From Auanema rhodensis (lineage: Eukaryota; Animalia; Nematoda): a stretch of DNA of 64,000 nucleotides. The stretch is taken from positions 20,832,001 through 20,896,000 of the forward strand of contig OZ059900.1 in the NCBI GenBank assembly GCA_964057225.1, read 5' to 3'. The notes under the pieces are model-generated. The model was not told where the DNA came from and did not search any database. It saw only the letters and a list, made by a program, of their open reading frames with translations. Positions 43,201-55,758 of the stretch are shown piece after piece. The position numbers were made by a program, and so were the translations under genes. The stretch's first letter is position 1. Every line of letters begins with the position of its first letter.

Positions 43201-45590
43201 AGCATGTAAAATACTCCATTTTAGTATGTAACACGCTGAAATTCGTTGCATTTGACGACTCATATGAACAAAAATCGATTTAATCAATATAAGCCATAAG
43301 GGGCGTGCCCTCAGAATATGCTAATTTCCTTAATTTTCTAACCCCTGTTTTTTGTCGTGAAAGTGGAACTAGACGTTGTAGGAACAATTTTGAGCTAGGT
43401 TTCATTGACATTGCATGAGTTTGAACACATGAAATCGTAAGTCAAAACCTTGTTTACAGCGAAATTTCCAAAAACTGGTTTTCCAGCATAATAAAATATT
43501 TCTCATGGGAAATACTGTGTTTTTGTATTTTTCTAGTGTTCAGCATGTAAAATACTTCATTTAAGTATGTAACACGCTGAAATTCGTTGCATTTGACGAC
43601 TCATATGAACAAAAATCGATTTAATCAATATTAGCCATAAGGGGCGTGCCCTCAGAATATGCTAATTTCCTTAATTTTCTAACCCCTGTTTTTTTGTCGT
43701 GAAAGTGGAATAAGACGTTGTAGGAACAATTTTGAGCTAGGTTTCATTGACATTGCATGAGTTTGAACACATGAAATCGTAAGTCAAAACCTTGTTTACA
43801 GCGAACTTTCCAAAAACTGGTTTTCCAGCATAATAAAATATTTCTCATGGGAAATACTAAGTTTTTGTATTTTTATAGTGTTCAGCATGTAAAATGCTTC
43901 ATTTTAGTATGTAACACCCTGAAATTCGTTTCATTTGACGACTCATATGAACAAAAATCGATTTAATCAATATTAGCCATAAGGGGCGTGCCCTCAGAAT
44001 ATGCTAATTTCCTTAATTTTCTAACCCCTGTTTTTTTGTCGTGAAAGTGGAACTAGACGTTGTAGGAACAATTTTGAGCAAGGTTTCATTGACATTGCAT
44101 GAGTTTGAACACATGAAATCGTAAGTCAAAACCTTGTTTACAGCGAACTTTCCAAAAACTGGTTTTCCAGCATAATAAAATATTTCTCATGGGAAATACT
44201 GTGTTTTTGTATTTTTATAGTGTTCAGCATTTAAATGCTTCATTTTAGTATGTAACACCCTGAAATTCGTTTCATTTGACGACTCATATGAACAAAAATC
44301 GATTTAATCAATATTAGCCATAAGGGGCGTGCCCTCAGAATATGCTAATTTCCTTAATTTTCTAACCCCTGTTTTTTTGTCGTGAAAGTGGAACTAGACG
44401 TTGTAGGAACAATTTTGAGCAAGGTTTCATTGACATTGCATGAGTTTGAACACATGAAATCGTAAGTCAAAACCTTGTTTACAGCGAAATTTCCAAAAAC
44501 TGGTTTTCCAGCATAATAAAATATTTCTCATGGGAAATACTGTGTTTTTGTATTTTTCTAGTGTTCAGCATGTAAAATGCTTCATTTAAGTATGTAACAC
44601 GCTGAAATTCGTTGCATTTGACTACTCATATGAACAAAAATCGATTTAATCAATATTAGCCATAAGGGGCGTGCCCTCAGAATATGCTAATTTCCTTAAT
44701 TTTCTAACCCCTGTTTTTTTGTCGTGAAAGTGGAACTAGACGTTGTACGAACAATTTTGAGCTAGGTTTCATTGACATTGCATGAGTTTGAACACATGAA
44801 ATCGTAAGTCAAAATCTTGTTTACAGCGAAATTTCCAAAAACTGGTTTTCCAGCATAATAAAATATTTCTCATGGGAAAAACTGTGTTTTTGTATTTTTA
44901 TAGTGTTCAGCATGTAAAATGCTTCATTTTAGTATGTAACACCCTGAAATTCGTTTCATTTGACGACTCATATGAACAAAAATCGATTTAATCAATATTA
45001 GCCATAAGGGGCGTGCCCTCAGAATATGCTAATTTCCTTAATTTTCTAACCCCTGTTTTTTTGTCGTGAAAGTGGAACTAGACGTTGTAGGAACAATTTT
45101 GAGCAAGGTTTCATTGACATTGCATGAGTTTGAACACATGAAATCGTAAGTCAAAACCTTGTTTACAGCGAACTTTCCAAAAACTGGTTTTCCAGCATAA
45201 TAAAATATTTCTCATGGGAAATACTGTGTTTTTGTATTTTTATAGTGTTCAGCATGTAAAATGCTTCATTTTAGTATGTAACACCCTGAAATTCGTTTCA
45301 TTTGACGACTCATATGAACAAAAATCGATTTAATCAATATTAGCCATAAGGGGCGTGCCCTCAGAATATGCTAATTTCCTTAATTTTCTAACCCCTGTTT
45401 TTTTGTCGTGAAAGTGGAACTAGACGTTGTAGGAACAATTTTGAGCAAGGTTTCATTGACATTGCATGAGTTTGAACACATGAAATCGTAAGTCAAAACC
45501 TTGTTTACAGCGAAATTTCCAAAAACTGGTTTTCCAGCATAATAAAATATTTCTCATGGGAAATACTGTGTTTTTGTATTTTTCTAGTGT
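37230..45590. repeat. Duplication with a 12-monomer period (4101 bp) that shifts to 13 monomers (4443 bp)
   Basis: Offset +4101: 37359/41460, 38090/42191, 38980/43081. Offset +4443: ATACTAAG 39416/43859, CAGCATTTAAAT about 39788/44231, AAAATCTT 40372/44815. The second copy has one extra monomer at about 43389-43730. Confidence 0.92.
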
Positions 45591-46504
45591 TCAGCATGTA
45601 AAATGCTTCATTTAAGTATGTAACACGCTGAAATTCGTTGCATTTGACTACTCATATGAACAAAAATCGATTTAATCAATATTAGCCATAAGGGGCGTGC
45701 CCTCAGAATATGCTAATTTCCTTAATTTTCTAACCCCTGTTTTTTTGTCGTGAAAGTGGAACTAGACGTTGTACGAACAATTTTGAGCTAGGTTTCATTG
45801 ACATTGCATGAGTTTGAACACATGAAATCGTAAGTCAAAATCTTGTTTACAGCGAAATTTCCAAAAACTGGTTTTCCAGCATAATAAAATATTTCTTATG
45901 GGAAATACTGTGTTTTTGTATTTCTCTAGTGTTCAGCATGTAAAATACTTCATTTTAGTATGTAACACGCTGAAATTCGTTGCATTTGACGACTCATATG
46001 AACAAAAATCGATTTAATCAATATTAGCCATAAGGGGCGTGCCCTCAGAATATGCTAATTTCCTTAATTTTCTAACCCCTGTTTTTTTGTCGTGAAAGTG
46101 GAACTAGACGTTGTACGAACAGTTTTGAGCTAGGTTTCATTGACATTGCATGAGTTTGAACACATGAAATCGTAAGTCAAAACCTTGTTTACAGCGAAAT
46201 TTCCAAAAACTGGTTTTCCAGCATAATAAAATATTTCTCATGGGAAAAACTGTGTTTTTGTATTTTTCTAGTGTTCAGCATGTAAAATGCTTCAGTTTAG
46301 TATGTAACACGCTGAAATTCGTTGCATTTGACGACTCATATGAACAAAAATCGATTTAATCAATATTAGCCATAAGGGGCGTGCCCTCAGAATATGCTAA
46401 TTTCCTTAATTTTCTAACCCCTGTTTTTTTGTCGTGAAAGTGGAACTAGACGTTGTACGAACAATTTTGAGCTAGGTTTCATTGACATTGCATGAGTTTG
46501 AACT

Positions 46505-49500
46505 CATGAAATCGTAAGTCAAAACCTTGTTTACAGCGAAATTTCCAAAAACTGGTTTTCCAGCATAATAAAATATTTCTCATGGGAAAAACTGTGTTTT
46601 TGTATTTTTCTAGTGTTCAGCATGTAAAATGCTTCATTTTAGTATGTAACACGCTGAAATTTGTTGCATTTGACGACTCATATGAACAAAAATCGATTTA
46701 ATCAATATTAGCCATAAGGGGCGTGCCCTCAGAATATGCTAATTTCCTTAATTTTCTAACCCCTGTTTTTTTGTCGTGAAAGTGGAACTAGACGTTGTAG
46801 GAACAATTTTGAGCAAGGTTTCATTGACATTGCATGAGTTTGAACACATGAAATCGTAAGTCAAAACCTTGTTTACAGCGAAATTTCCAAAAACTGGTTT
46901 TCCAGCATAATAAAATATTTCTCATGGGAAATACTGTGTTTTTGTATTTTTCTAGTGTTCAGCATGTAAAATGCTTCATTTTAGTATGTAACACGCTAAA
47001 ATTCGTTGCATTTGACGACTCATATGAACAAAAATCGATTTAATCAATATTAGCCATAAGGGGCGTGCCCTCAGAATATGCTAATTTCCTTAATTTTCTA
47101 ACCCCTGTTTTTTTGTCGTGAAAGTGGAACTAGACGTTGTACGAACAATTTTGAGCTAGGTTTCATTGACATTGCATGAGTTTGAACACATGAAATCGTA
47201 AGTCAAAACCTTGTTTACAGCGAAATTTCCAAAAACTGGTTTTCCAGCATAATAAAATATTTCTCATGGGAAATACTGTGTTTTTGTATTTTTCTAGTGT
47301 TCAGCATGTAAAATGCTTCATTTTAGTATGTAACACGCTGAAATTCGTTGCATTTGACGACTCATATGAACAAAAATCGATTTAATCAATATTAGCCATA
47401 AGGGGCGTGCCCTCAGAATATGCTAATTTCCTTAATTTTCTAACCCCTGTTTTTTTGTCGTGAAAGTGGAACTAGACGTTGTACGAACAATTTTGAGCTA
47501 GGTTTCATTGACATTGCATGAGTTTGAACACATGAAATCGTAAGTCAAAACCTTGTTTACAGCGAAATTTCCAAAAACTGGTTTTCCAGCATAATAAAAT
47601 ATTTCTCATGGGAAATACTGTGTTTTTGTATTTTTCTAGTGTTCAGCATGTAAAATGCTTCATTTTAGTATGTAACACGCTAAAATTCGTTGCATTTGAC
47701 GACTCATATGAACAAAAATCGATTTAATCAATATTAGCCATAAGGGGCGTGCCCTCAGAATATGCTAATTTCCTTAATTTTCTAACCCCTGTTTTTTTGT
47801 CGTGAAAGTGGAATTAGACGTTGTAGGAACAATTTTGAGCTAGGTTTCATTGACATTGCATGAGTTTGAACACATGAAATCGTAAGTCAAAACCTTGTTT
47901 ACAGCGAAATTTCCAAAAACTGGTTTTCCAGCATAATAAAATATTTCTCATGGGAAATACTGTGTTTTTGTATTTTTATAGTGTTCAGCATGTAAAATGC
48001 TTCATTTTAGTATGTAACACGCTGAAATTCGTTGCATTTGACGACTCATATGAACAAAAATCGATTTAATCAATATTAGCCATAAGGGGCGTGCCCTCAG
48101 AATATGCTAATTTCCTTAATTTTCTAACCCCTGTTTTTTGTCGTGAAAGTGGAATTAGACGTTGTAGGAACAATTTTGAGCTAGGTTTCATTGACATTGC
48201 ATGAGTTTGAACACATGAAATCGTAAGTCAAAACCTTGTTTACAGCGAAATTTCCAAAAACTGGTTTTCCAGCATAATAAAATATTTCTCATGGGAAATA
48301 CTGTGTTTTTGTATTTTTCTAGTGTTCAGCATGTAAAATGCTTCATTTTAGTATGTAACACGCTGAAATTCGTTGCATTTGACGACTCATATGAACAAAA
48401 ATCGATTTAATCAATATTAGCCATAAGGGGCGTGCCCTCAGAATATGCTAATTTCCTTAATTTTCTAACCCCTGTTTTTTGTCGTGAAAGTGGAACTAGA
48501 CGTTGTAGGAACAATTTTGAGCTAGGTTTCATTGACATTGCATGAGTTTGAACACATGAAATCGTAAGTCAAAACCTTGTTTACAGCGAAATTTCCAAAA
48601 ACTGGTTTTCCAGCATAATAAAATATTTCTCATGGGAAATACTGTGTTTTTGTATTTTTCTAGTGTTCAGCATGTAAAACACTTCATTTTAGTATGTAAC
48701 ACGCTGAAATTCAATGCATTTGACGAATCATATGAACAAAAATCGATTTAATCAATATAAGCCATAGAGGCGTGCCCTCAGAATATGCTAATTTCCTTAA
48801 TTTTCTAACCCCTGTTTTTTGTCGTGAAAGTGGAACTAGACGTTGTAGGAACAATTTTGAGCTAGGTTTCATTGACATTGCATGAGTTTGAACACATGAA
48901 ATCGTAAGTCAAAACCTTGTTTACAGCGAAATTTCCAAAAACTGGTTTTCCAGCATAATAAAATATTTCTCATGGGAAATACTGTGTTTTTGTATTTTTC
49001 TAGTGTTCAGCATGTAAAATACTTCATTTTAGTATGTAACACGCTGAAATTCGTTGCATTTGACGACTCATATGAACAAAAATCGATTTAATCAATATTA
49101 GCCATAAGGGGCGTGCCCTCAGAATGTGCTAATTTCCTTAATTTTCTAACCCCTGTTTTTTTGTCGTGAAAGTGGAATTAGACGTTGTAGGAACAATTTT
49201 GAGCTAGGTTTCATTGACATTGCATGAGTTTGAACACATGAAATCGTAAGTCAAAACCTTGTTTACAGCGAAATTTCCAAAAACTGGTTTTCCAGCATAA
49301 TAAAATATTTCTCATGGGAAATACTGTGTTTTTGTATTTTTCTAGTGTTCAGCATGTGAAATACTTCATTTTAGTATGTAACACGCTGAAATTCGTTGCA
49401 TTTGACGACTCATATGAACAAAAATCGATTTAATCAATATTAGCCATAAGGGGCGTGCCCTCAGAATATGCTAATTTCCTAAATTTTCTAACCCCTGTTT

Positions 49501-52281
49501 TTTTGTCGTGAAAGTGGAACTAGACGTTGTAGGAACAATTTTGAGCTAGGTTTCATTGACATTGCATGAGTTTGAACACATGAAATCGTAAGTCAAAACC
49601 TTGTTTACAGCGAAATTTCCAAAAACTGGTTTTCCAGCATAATAAAATATTTCTCATGGGAAAAACTGTGTTTTTGTATTTTTCTAGTGTTCAGCATGTA
49701 AAATGCTTCATTTTAGTATGTAACACGCTGAAATTTGTTGCATTTGACGACTCATATGAACAAAAATCGATTTAATCAATATTAGCCATAAGGGGCGTGC
49801 CCTCAGAATATGCTAATTTCCTTAATTTTCTAACCCCTGTTTTTTTGTCGTGAAAGTGGAACTAGACGTTGTAGGAACAATTTTGAGCAAGGTTTCATTG
49901 ACATTGCATGAGTTTGAACACATGAAATCGTAAGTCAAAACCTTGTTTACAGCGAAATTTCCAAAAACTGGTTTTCCAGCATAATAAAATATTTCTCATG
50001 GGAAATACTGTGTTTTTGTATTTTTCTAGTGTTCAGCATGTAAAATGCTTCATTTTAGTATGTAACACGCTAAAATTCGTTGCATTTGACGACTCATATG
50101 AACAAAAATCGATTTAATCAATATTAGCCATAAGGGGCGTGCCCTCAGAATATGCTAATTTCCTTAATTTTCTAACCCCTGTTTTTTTGTCGTGAAAGTG
50201 GAACTAGACGTTGTACGAACAATTTCGAGCTAGGTTTCATTGACATTGCATGAGTTTGAACACATGAAATCGTAAGTCAAAACCTTGTTTACAGCGAAAT
50301 TTCCAAAAACTGGTTTTCCAGCATAATAAAATATTTCTCATGGGAAATACTGTGTTTTTGTATTTTTCTAGTGTTCAGCATGTAAAATGCTTCATTTTAG
50401 TATGTAACACGCTGAAATTCGTTGCATTTGACGACTCATATGAACAAAAATCGATTTAATCAATATTAGCCATAAGGGGCGTGCCCTCAGAATATGCTAA
50501 TTTCCTTAATTTTCTAACCCCTGTTTTTTTGTCGTGAAAGTGGAACTAGACGTTGTACGAACAATTTTGAGCTAGGTTTCATTGACATTGCATGAGTTTG
50601 AACACATGAAATCGTAAGTCAAAACCTTGTTTACAGCGAAATTTCCAAAAACTGGTTTTCCAGCATAATAAAATATTTCTCATGGGAAATACTGTGTTTT
50701 TGTATTTTTCTAGTGTTCAGCATGTAAAATGCTTCATTTTAGTATGTAACACGCTAAAATTCGTTGCATTTGACGACTCATATGAACAAAAATCGATTTA
50801 ATCAATATTAGCCATAAGGGGCGTGCCCTCAGAATATGCTAATTTCCTTAATTTTCTAACCCCTGTTTTTTTGTCGTGAAAGTGGAATTAGACGTTGTAG
50901 GAACAATTTTGAGCTAGGTTTCATTGACATTGCATGAGTTTGAACACATGAAATCGTAAGTCAAAACCTTGTTTACAGCGAAATTTCCAAAAACTGGTTT
51001 TCCAGCATAATAAAATATTTCTCATGGGAAATACTGTGTTTTTGTATTTTTATAGTGTTCAGCATGTAAAATGCTTCATTTTAGTATGTAACACGCTGAA
51101 ATTCGTTGCATTTGACGACTCATATGAACAAAAATCGATTTAATCAATATTAGCCATAAGGGGCGTGCCCTCAGAATATGCTAATTTCCTTAATTTTCTA
51201 ACCCCTGTTTTTTTGTCGTGAAAGTGGAATTAGACGTTGTAGGAACAATTTTGAGCTAGGTTTCATTGACATTGCATGAGTTTGAACACATGAAATCGTA
51301 AGTCAAAACCTTGTTTACAGCGAAATTTCCAAAAACTGGTTTTCCAGCATAATAAAATATTTCTCATGGGAAATACTGTGTTTTTGTATTTTTCTAGTGT
51401 TCAGCATGTAAAATGCTTCATTTTAGTATGTAACACGCTGAAATTCGTTGCATTTGACGACTCATATGAACAAAAATCGATTTAATCAATATTAGCCATA
51501 AGGGGCGTGCCCTCAGAATATGCTAATTTCCTTAATTTTCTAACCCCTGTTTTTTGTCGTGAAAGTGGAACTAGACGTTGTAGGAACAATTTTGAGCTAG
51601 GTTTCATTGACATTGCATGAGTTTGAACACATGAAATCGTAAGTCAAAACCTTGTTTACAGCGAAATTTCCAAAAACTGGTTTTCCAGCATAATAAAATA
51701 TTTCTCATGGGAAATACTGTGTTTTTGTATTTTTCTAGTGTTCAGCATGTAAAACACTTCATTTTAGTATGTAACACGCTGAAATTCAATGCATTTGACG
51801 AATCATATGAACAAAAATCGATTTAATCAATATAAGCCATAGAGGCGTGCCCTCAGAATATGCTAATTTCCTTAATTTTCTAACCCCTGTTTTTTGTCGT
51901 GAAAGTGGAACTAGACGTTGTAGGAACAATTTTGAGCTAGGTTTCATTGACATTGCATGAGTTTGAACACATGAAATCGTAAGTCAAAACCTTGTTTACA
52001 GCGAAATTTCCAAAAACTGGTTTTCCAGCATAATAAAATATTTCTCATGGGAAATACTGTGTTTTTGTATTTTTCTAGTGTTCAGCATGTAAAATACTTC
52101 ATTTTAGTATGTAACACGCTGAAATTCGTTGCATTTGACGACTCATATGAACAAAAATCGATTTAATCAATATTAGCCATAAGGGGCGTGCCCTCAGAAT
52201 GTGCTAATTTCCTTAATTTTCTAACCCCTGTTTTTTTGTCGTGAAAGTGGAATTAGACGTTGTAGGAACAATTTTGAGCTA
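46505..52281. repeat. Duplication with a 9-monomer period (3074-3075 bp)
   Basis: AAATTTGTT at 46662/49736; divergent tract at 48680/51755; AGAATGTGC at 49126/52201. Confidence 0.88.
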
Positions 52282-53297
52282 AGTTTCATTGACATTGCAT
52301 GAGTTTGAACACATGAAATCGTAAGTCAAAACCTTGTTTACAGCGAACTTTCCAAAAACTGGTTTTCCAGCATAATAAAATATTTCTCATGGGAAATACT
52401 GTGTTTTTGTATTTTTCTAGTGTTCAGCATGTAAAATGCTTCATTTTAGTATGTAACACCCTGAAATTCGTTTCATTTGACGACTCATATGAACAAAAAT
52501 CGATTTAATCAATATTAGCCATAAGGGGCGTGCCCTCAGAATATGCTAATTTCCTTAATTTTCTAACCCCTGTTTTTTTGTCGTGAAAGTGGAACTAGAC
52601 GTTGTAGGAACAATTTTGAGCAAGGTTTCATTGACATTGCATGAGTTTGAACACATGAAATCGTAAGTCAAAACCTTGTTTACAGCGAAATTTCCAAAAA
52701 CTGGTTTTCCAGCATAATAAAATATTTCTCATGGGAAATACTGTGTTTTTGTATTTTTCTAGTGTTCAGCATGTGAAATACTTCATTTTAGTATGTAACA
52801 CGCTGAAATTCGTTGCATTTGACGACTCATATGAACAAAAATCGATTTAATCAATATTAGCCATAAGGGGCGTGCCCTCAGAATATGCTAATTTCCTTAA
52901 TTTTCTAACCCCTGTTTTTTTGTCGTGAAAGTGGAATTAGACGTTGTAGGAACAATTTTGAGCTAGGTTTCATTGACATTGCATGAGTTTGAACACATGA
53001 AATCGTAAGTCAAAACCTTGTTTACAGCGAAATTTCCAAAAACTGGTTTTCCAGCATAATAAAATATTTCTCATGGGAAATACTGTGTTTTTGTATTTTT
53101 CTAGTGTTCAGCATGTAAAATACTCCATTATAGTATGTAACACGCTGAAATTCGTTGCATTTGACGACTCATATGAACAAAAATCGATTTAATCAATATA
53201 AGCCATAAGGGGCGTGCCCTCAGAATATGCTAATTTCCTTAATTTTCTAACCCCTGTTTTTTGTCGTGAAAGTGGAACTAGACGTTGTAGGAACAAT

Positions 53298-53578
53298 TTT
53301 GAGCTAGGTTTCATTGACATTGCATGAGTTCGAACACATGAAATCGTAAGTCAAAACCTTGTTTACAGCGAAATTTCCAAAAACTGTTCAGCATGTAAAA
53401 TGCTTCATTTTAGTATGTAACACGCTAAAATTCGTTGCATTTGACGACTCATATGAACAAAAATCGATTTAATCAATATTAGCCATAAGGGGCGTGCCCT
53501 CAGAATATGCTAATTTCCTTAATTTTCTAACCCCTGTTTTTTTGTCGTGAAAGTGGAATTAGACGTTGTAGGAACAAT
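53298..53578. repeat. Truncated monomer, 281 bp (61-bp internal deletion of monomer positions 90-150)
   Basis: Junction CCAAAAACTG|TTCAGCATG at 53386/53387; next monomer starts at 53579. Confidence 0.97.
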
Positions 53579-54261
53579 TTTGAGCTAGGTTTCATTGACA
53601 TTGCATGAGTTTGAACACATGAAATCGTAAGTCAAAACCTTGTTTACAGCGAAATTTCCAAAAACTGGTTTTCCAGCATAATAAAATATTTCTCATGGGA
53701 AATACTGTGTTTTTGTATTTTTATAGTGTTCAGCATGTAAAATGCTTCATTTTAGTATGTAACACGCTGAAATTCGTTGCATTTGACGACTCATATGAAC
53801 AAAAATCGATTTAATCAATATAAGCCATAAGGGGCGTGCCCTCAGAATATGCTAATTTCCTTAATTTTCTAACCCCTGTTTTTTTGTCGTGAAAGTGGAA
53901 CTAGACGTTGTAGGAACAATTTTGAGCAAGGTTTCATTGACATTGCATGAGTTTGAACACATGAAATCGTAAGTCAAAACCTTGTTTACAGCGAAATTTC
54001 CAAAAACTGGTTTTCCAGCATAATAAAATATTTCTCATGGGAAATACTGTGTTTTTGTATTTTTCTAGTGTTCAGCATGTAAAATACTCCATTATAGTAT
54101 GTAACACGCTGAAATTCGTTGCATTTGACGACTCATATGAACAAAAATCGATTTAATCAATATAAGCCATAAGGGGCGTGCCCTCAGAATATGCTAATTT
54201 CCTTAATTTTCTAACCCCTGTTTTTTGTCGTGAAAGTGGAACTAGACGTTGTAGGAACAAT

Positions 54262-54542
54262 TTTGAGCTAGGTTTCATTGACATTGCATGAGTTCGAACA
54301 CATGAAATCGTAAGTCAAAACCTTGTTTACAGCGAAATTTCCAAAAACTGTTCAGCATGTAAAATGCTTCATTTTAGTATGTAACACGCTAAAATTCGTT
54401 GCATTTGACGACTCATATGAACAAAAATCGATTTAATCAATATTAGCCATAAGGGGCGTGCCCTCAGAATATGCTAATTTCCTTAATTTTCTAACCCCTG
54501 TTTTTTTGTCGTGAAAGTGGAATTAGACGTTGTAGGAACAAT
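54262..54542. repeat. Second copy of the 281-bp truncated monomer
   Basis: Identical junction at 54350/54351, 964 bp (281+342+341) after the first; shares the linked variants GTTCGAAC and GCTAAAA. Confidence 0.97.
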
Positions 54543-55758
54543 TTTGAGCTAGGTTTCATTGACATTGCATGAGTTTGAACACATGAAATCGTAAGTCAAA
54601 ACCTTGTTTACAGCGAAATTTCCAAAAACTGGTTTTCCAGCATAATAAAATATTTCTCATGGGAAATACTGTGTTTTTGTATTTTTATAGTGTTCAGCAT
54701 GTAAAATGCTTCATTTTAGTATGTAACACGCTGAAATTCGTTGCATTTGACGACTCATATGAACAAAAATCGATTTAATCAATATAAGCCATAAGGGGCG
54801 TGCCCTCAGAATATGCTAATTTCCTTAATTTTCTAACCCCTGTTTTTTGTCGTGAAAGTGGAAATAGACGTTGTAGGAACAATTTTGAGCTAGGTTTCAT
54901 TGACATTGCATGAGTTTGAACACATGAAATCGTAAGTCAAAACCTTGTTTACAGCGAAATTTCCAAAAACTGGTTTTCCAGCATAATAAAATATTTCTCA
55001 TGGGAAATACTGTGTTTTTGTATTTTTCTAGTGTTCAGCATGTAAAATACTTCATTTTAGTATGTAACACGCTGAAATTCGTTGCATTTGACGACTCATA
55101 TGAACAAAAATCGATTTAATCAATATTAGCCATAAGGGGCGTGCCCTCAGAATATGCTAATTTCCTTAATTTTCTAACCCCTGTTTTTTTGTCGTGAAAG
55201 TGGAATTAGACGTTGTAGGAACAATTTTGAGCTAGGTTTCATTGACATTGCATGAGTTTGAACACATGAAATCGTAAGTCAAAACCTTGTTTACAGCGAA
55301 ATTTCCAAAAACTGGTTTTCCAGCATAATAAAATATTTCTCATGGGAAAAACTGTGTTTTTGTATTTTTCTAGTGTTCAGCTTGTAAAATGCTTCATTTT
55401 AGTATGTAACACGCTGAAATTTGTTGCATTTGACGACTCATATGAACAAAAATCGATTTAATCAATATTAGCCATAAGGGGCGTGCCCTCAGAATATGCT
55501 AATTTCCTTAATTTTCTAACCCCTGTTTTTTTGTCGTGAAAGTGGAACTAGACGTTGTACGAACAATTTTGAGCTAGGTTTCATTGACATTGCATGAGTT
55601 TGAACACATGAAATCGTAAGTCAAAACCTTGTTTACAGCGAAATTTCCAAAAACTGGTTTTCCAGCATAATAAAATATTTCTCATGGGAAATACTGTGTT
55701 TTTGTATTTTTCTAGTGTTCAGCATGTAAAATGCTTCATTTTAGTATGTAACACGCTA

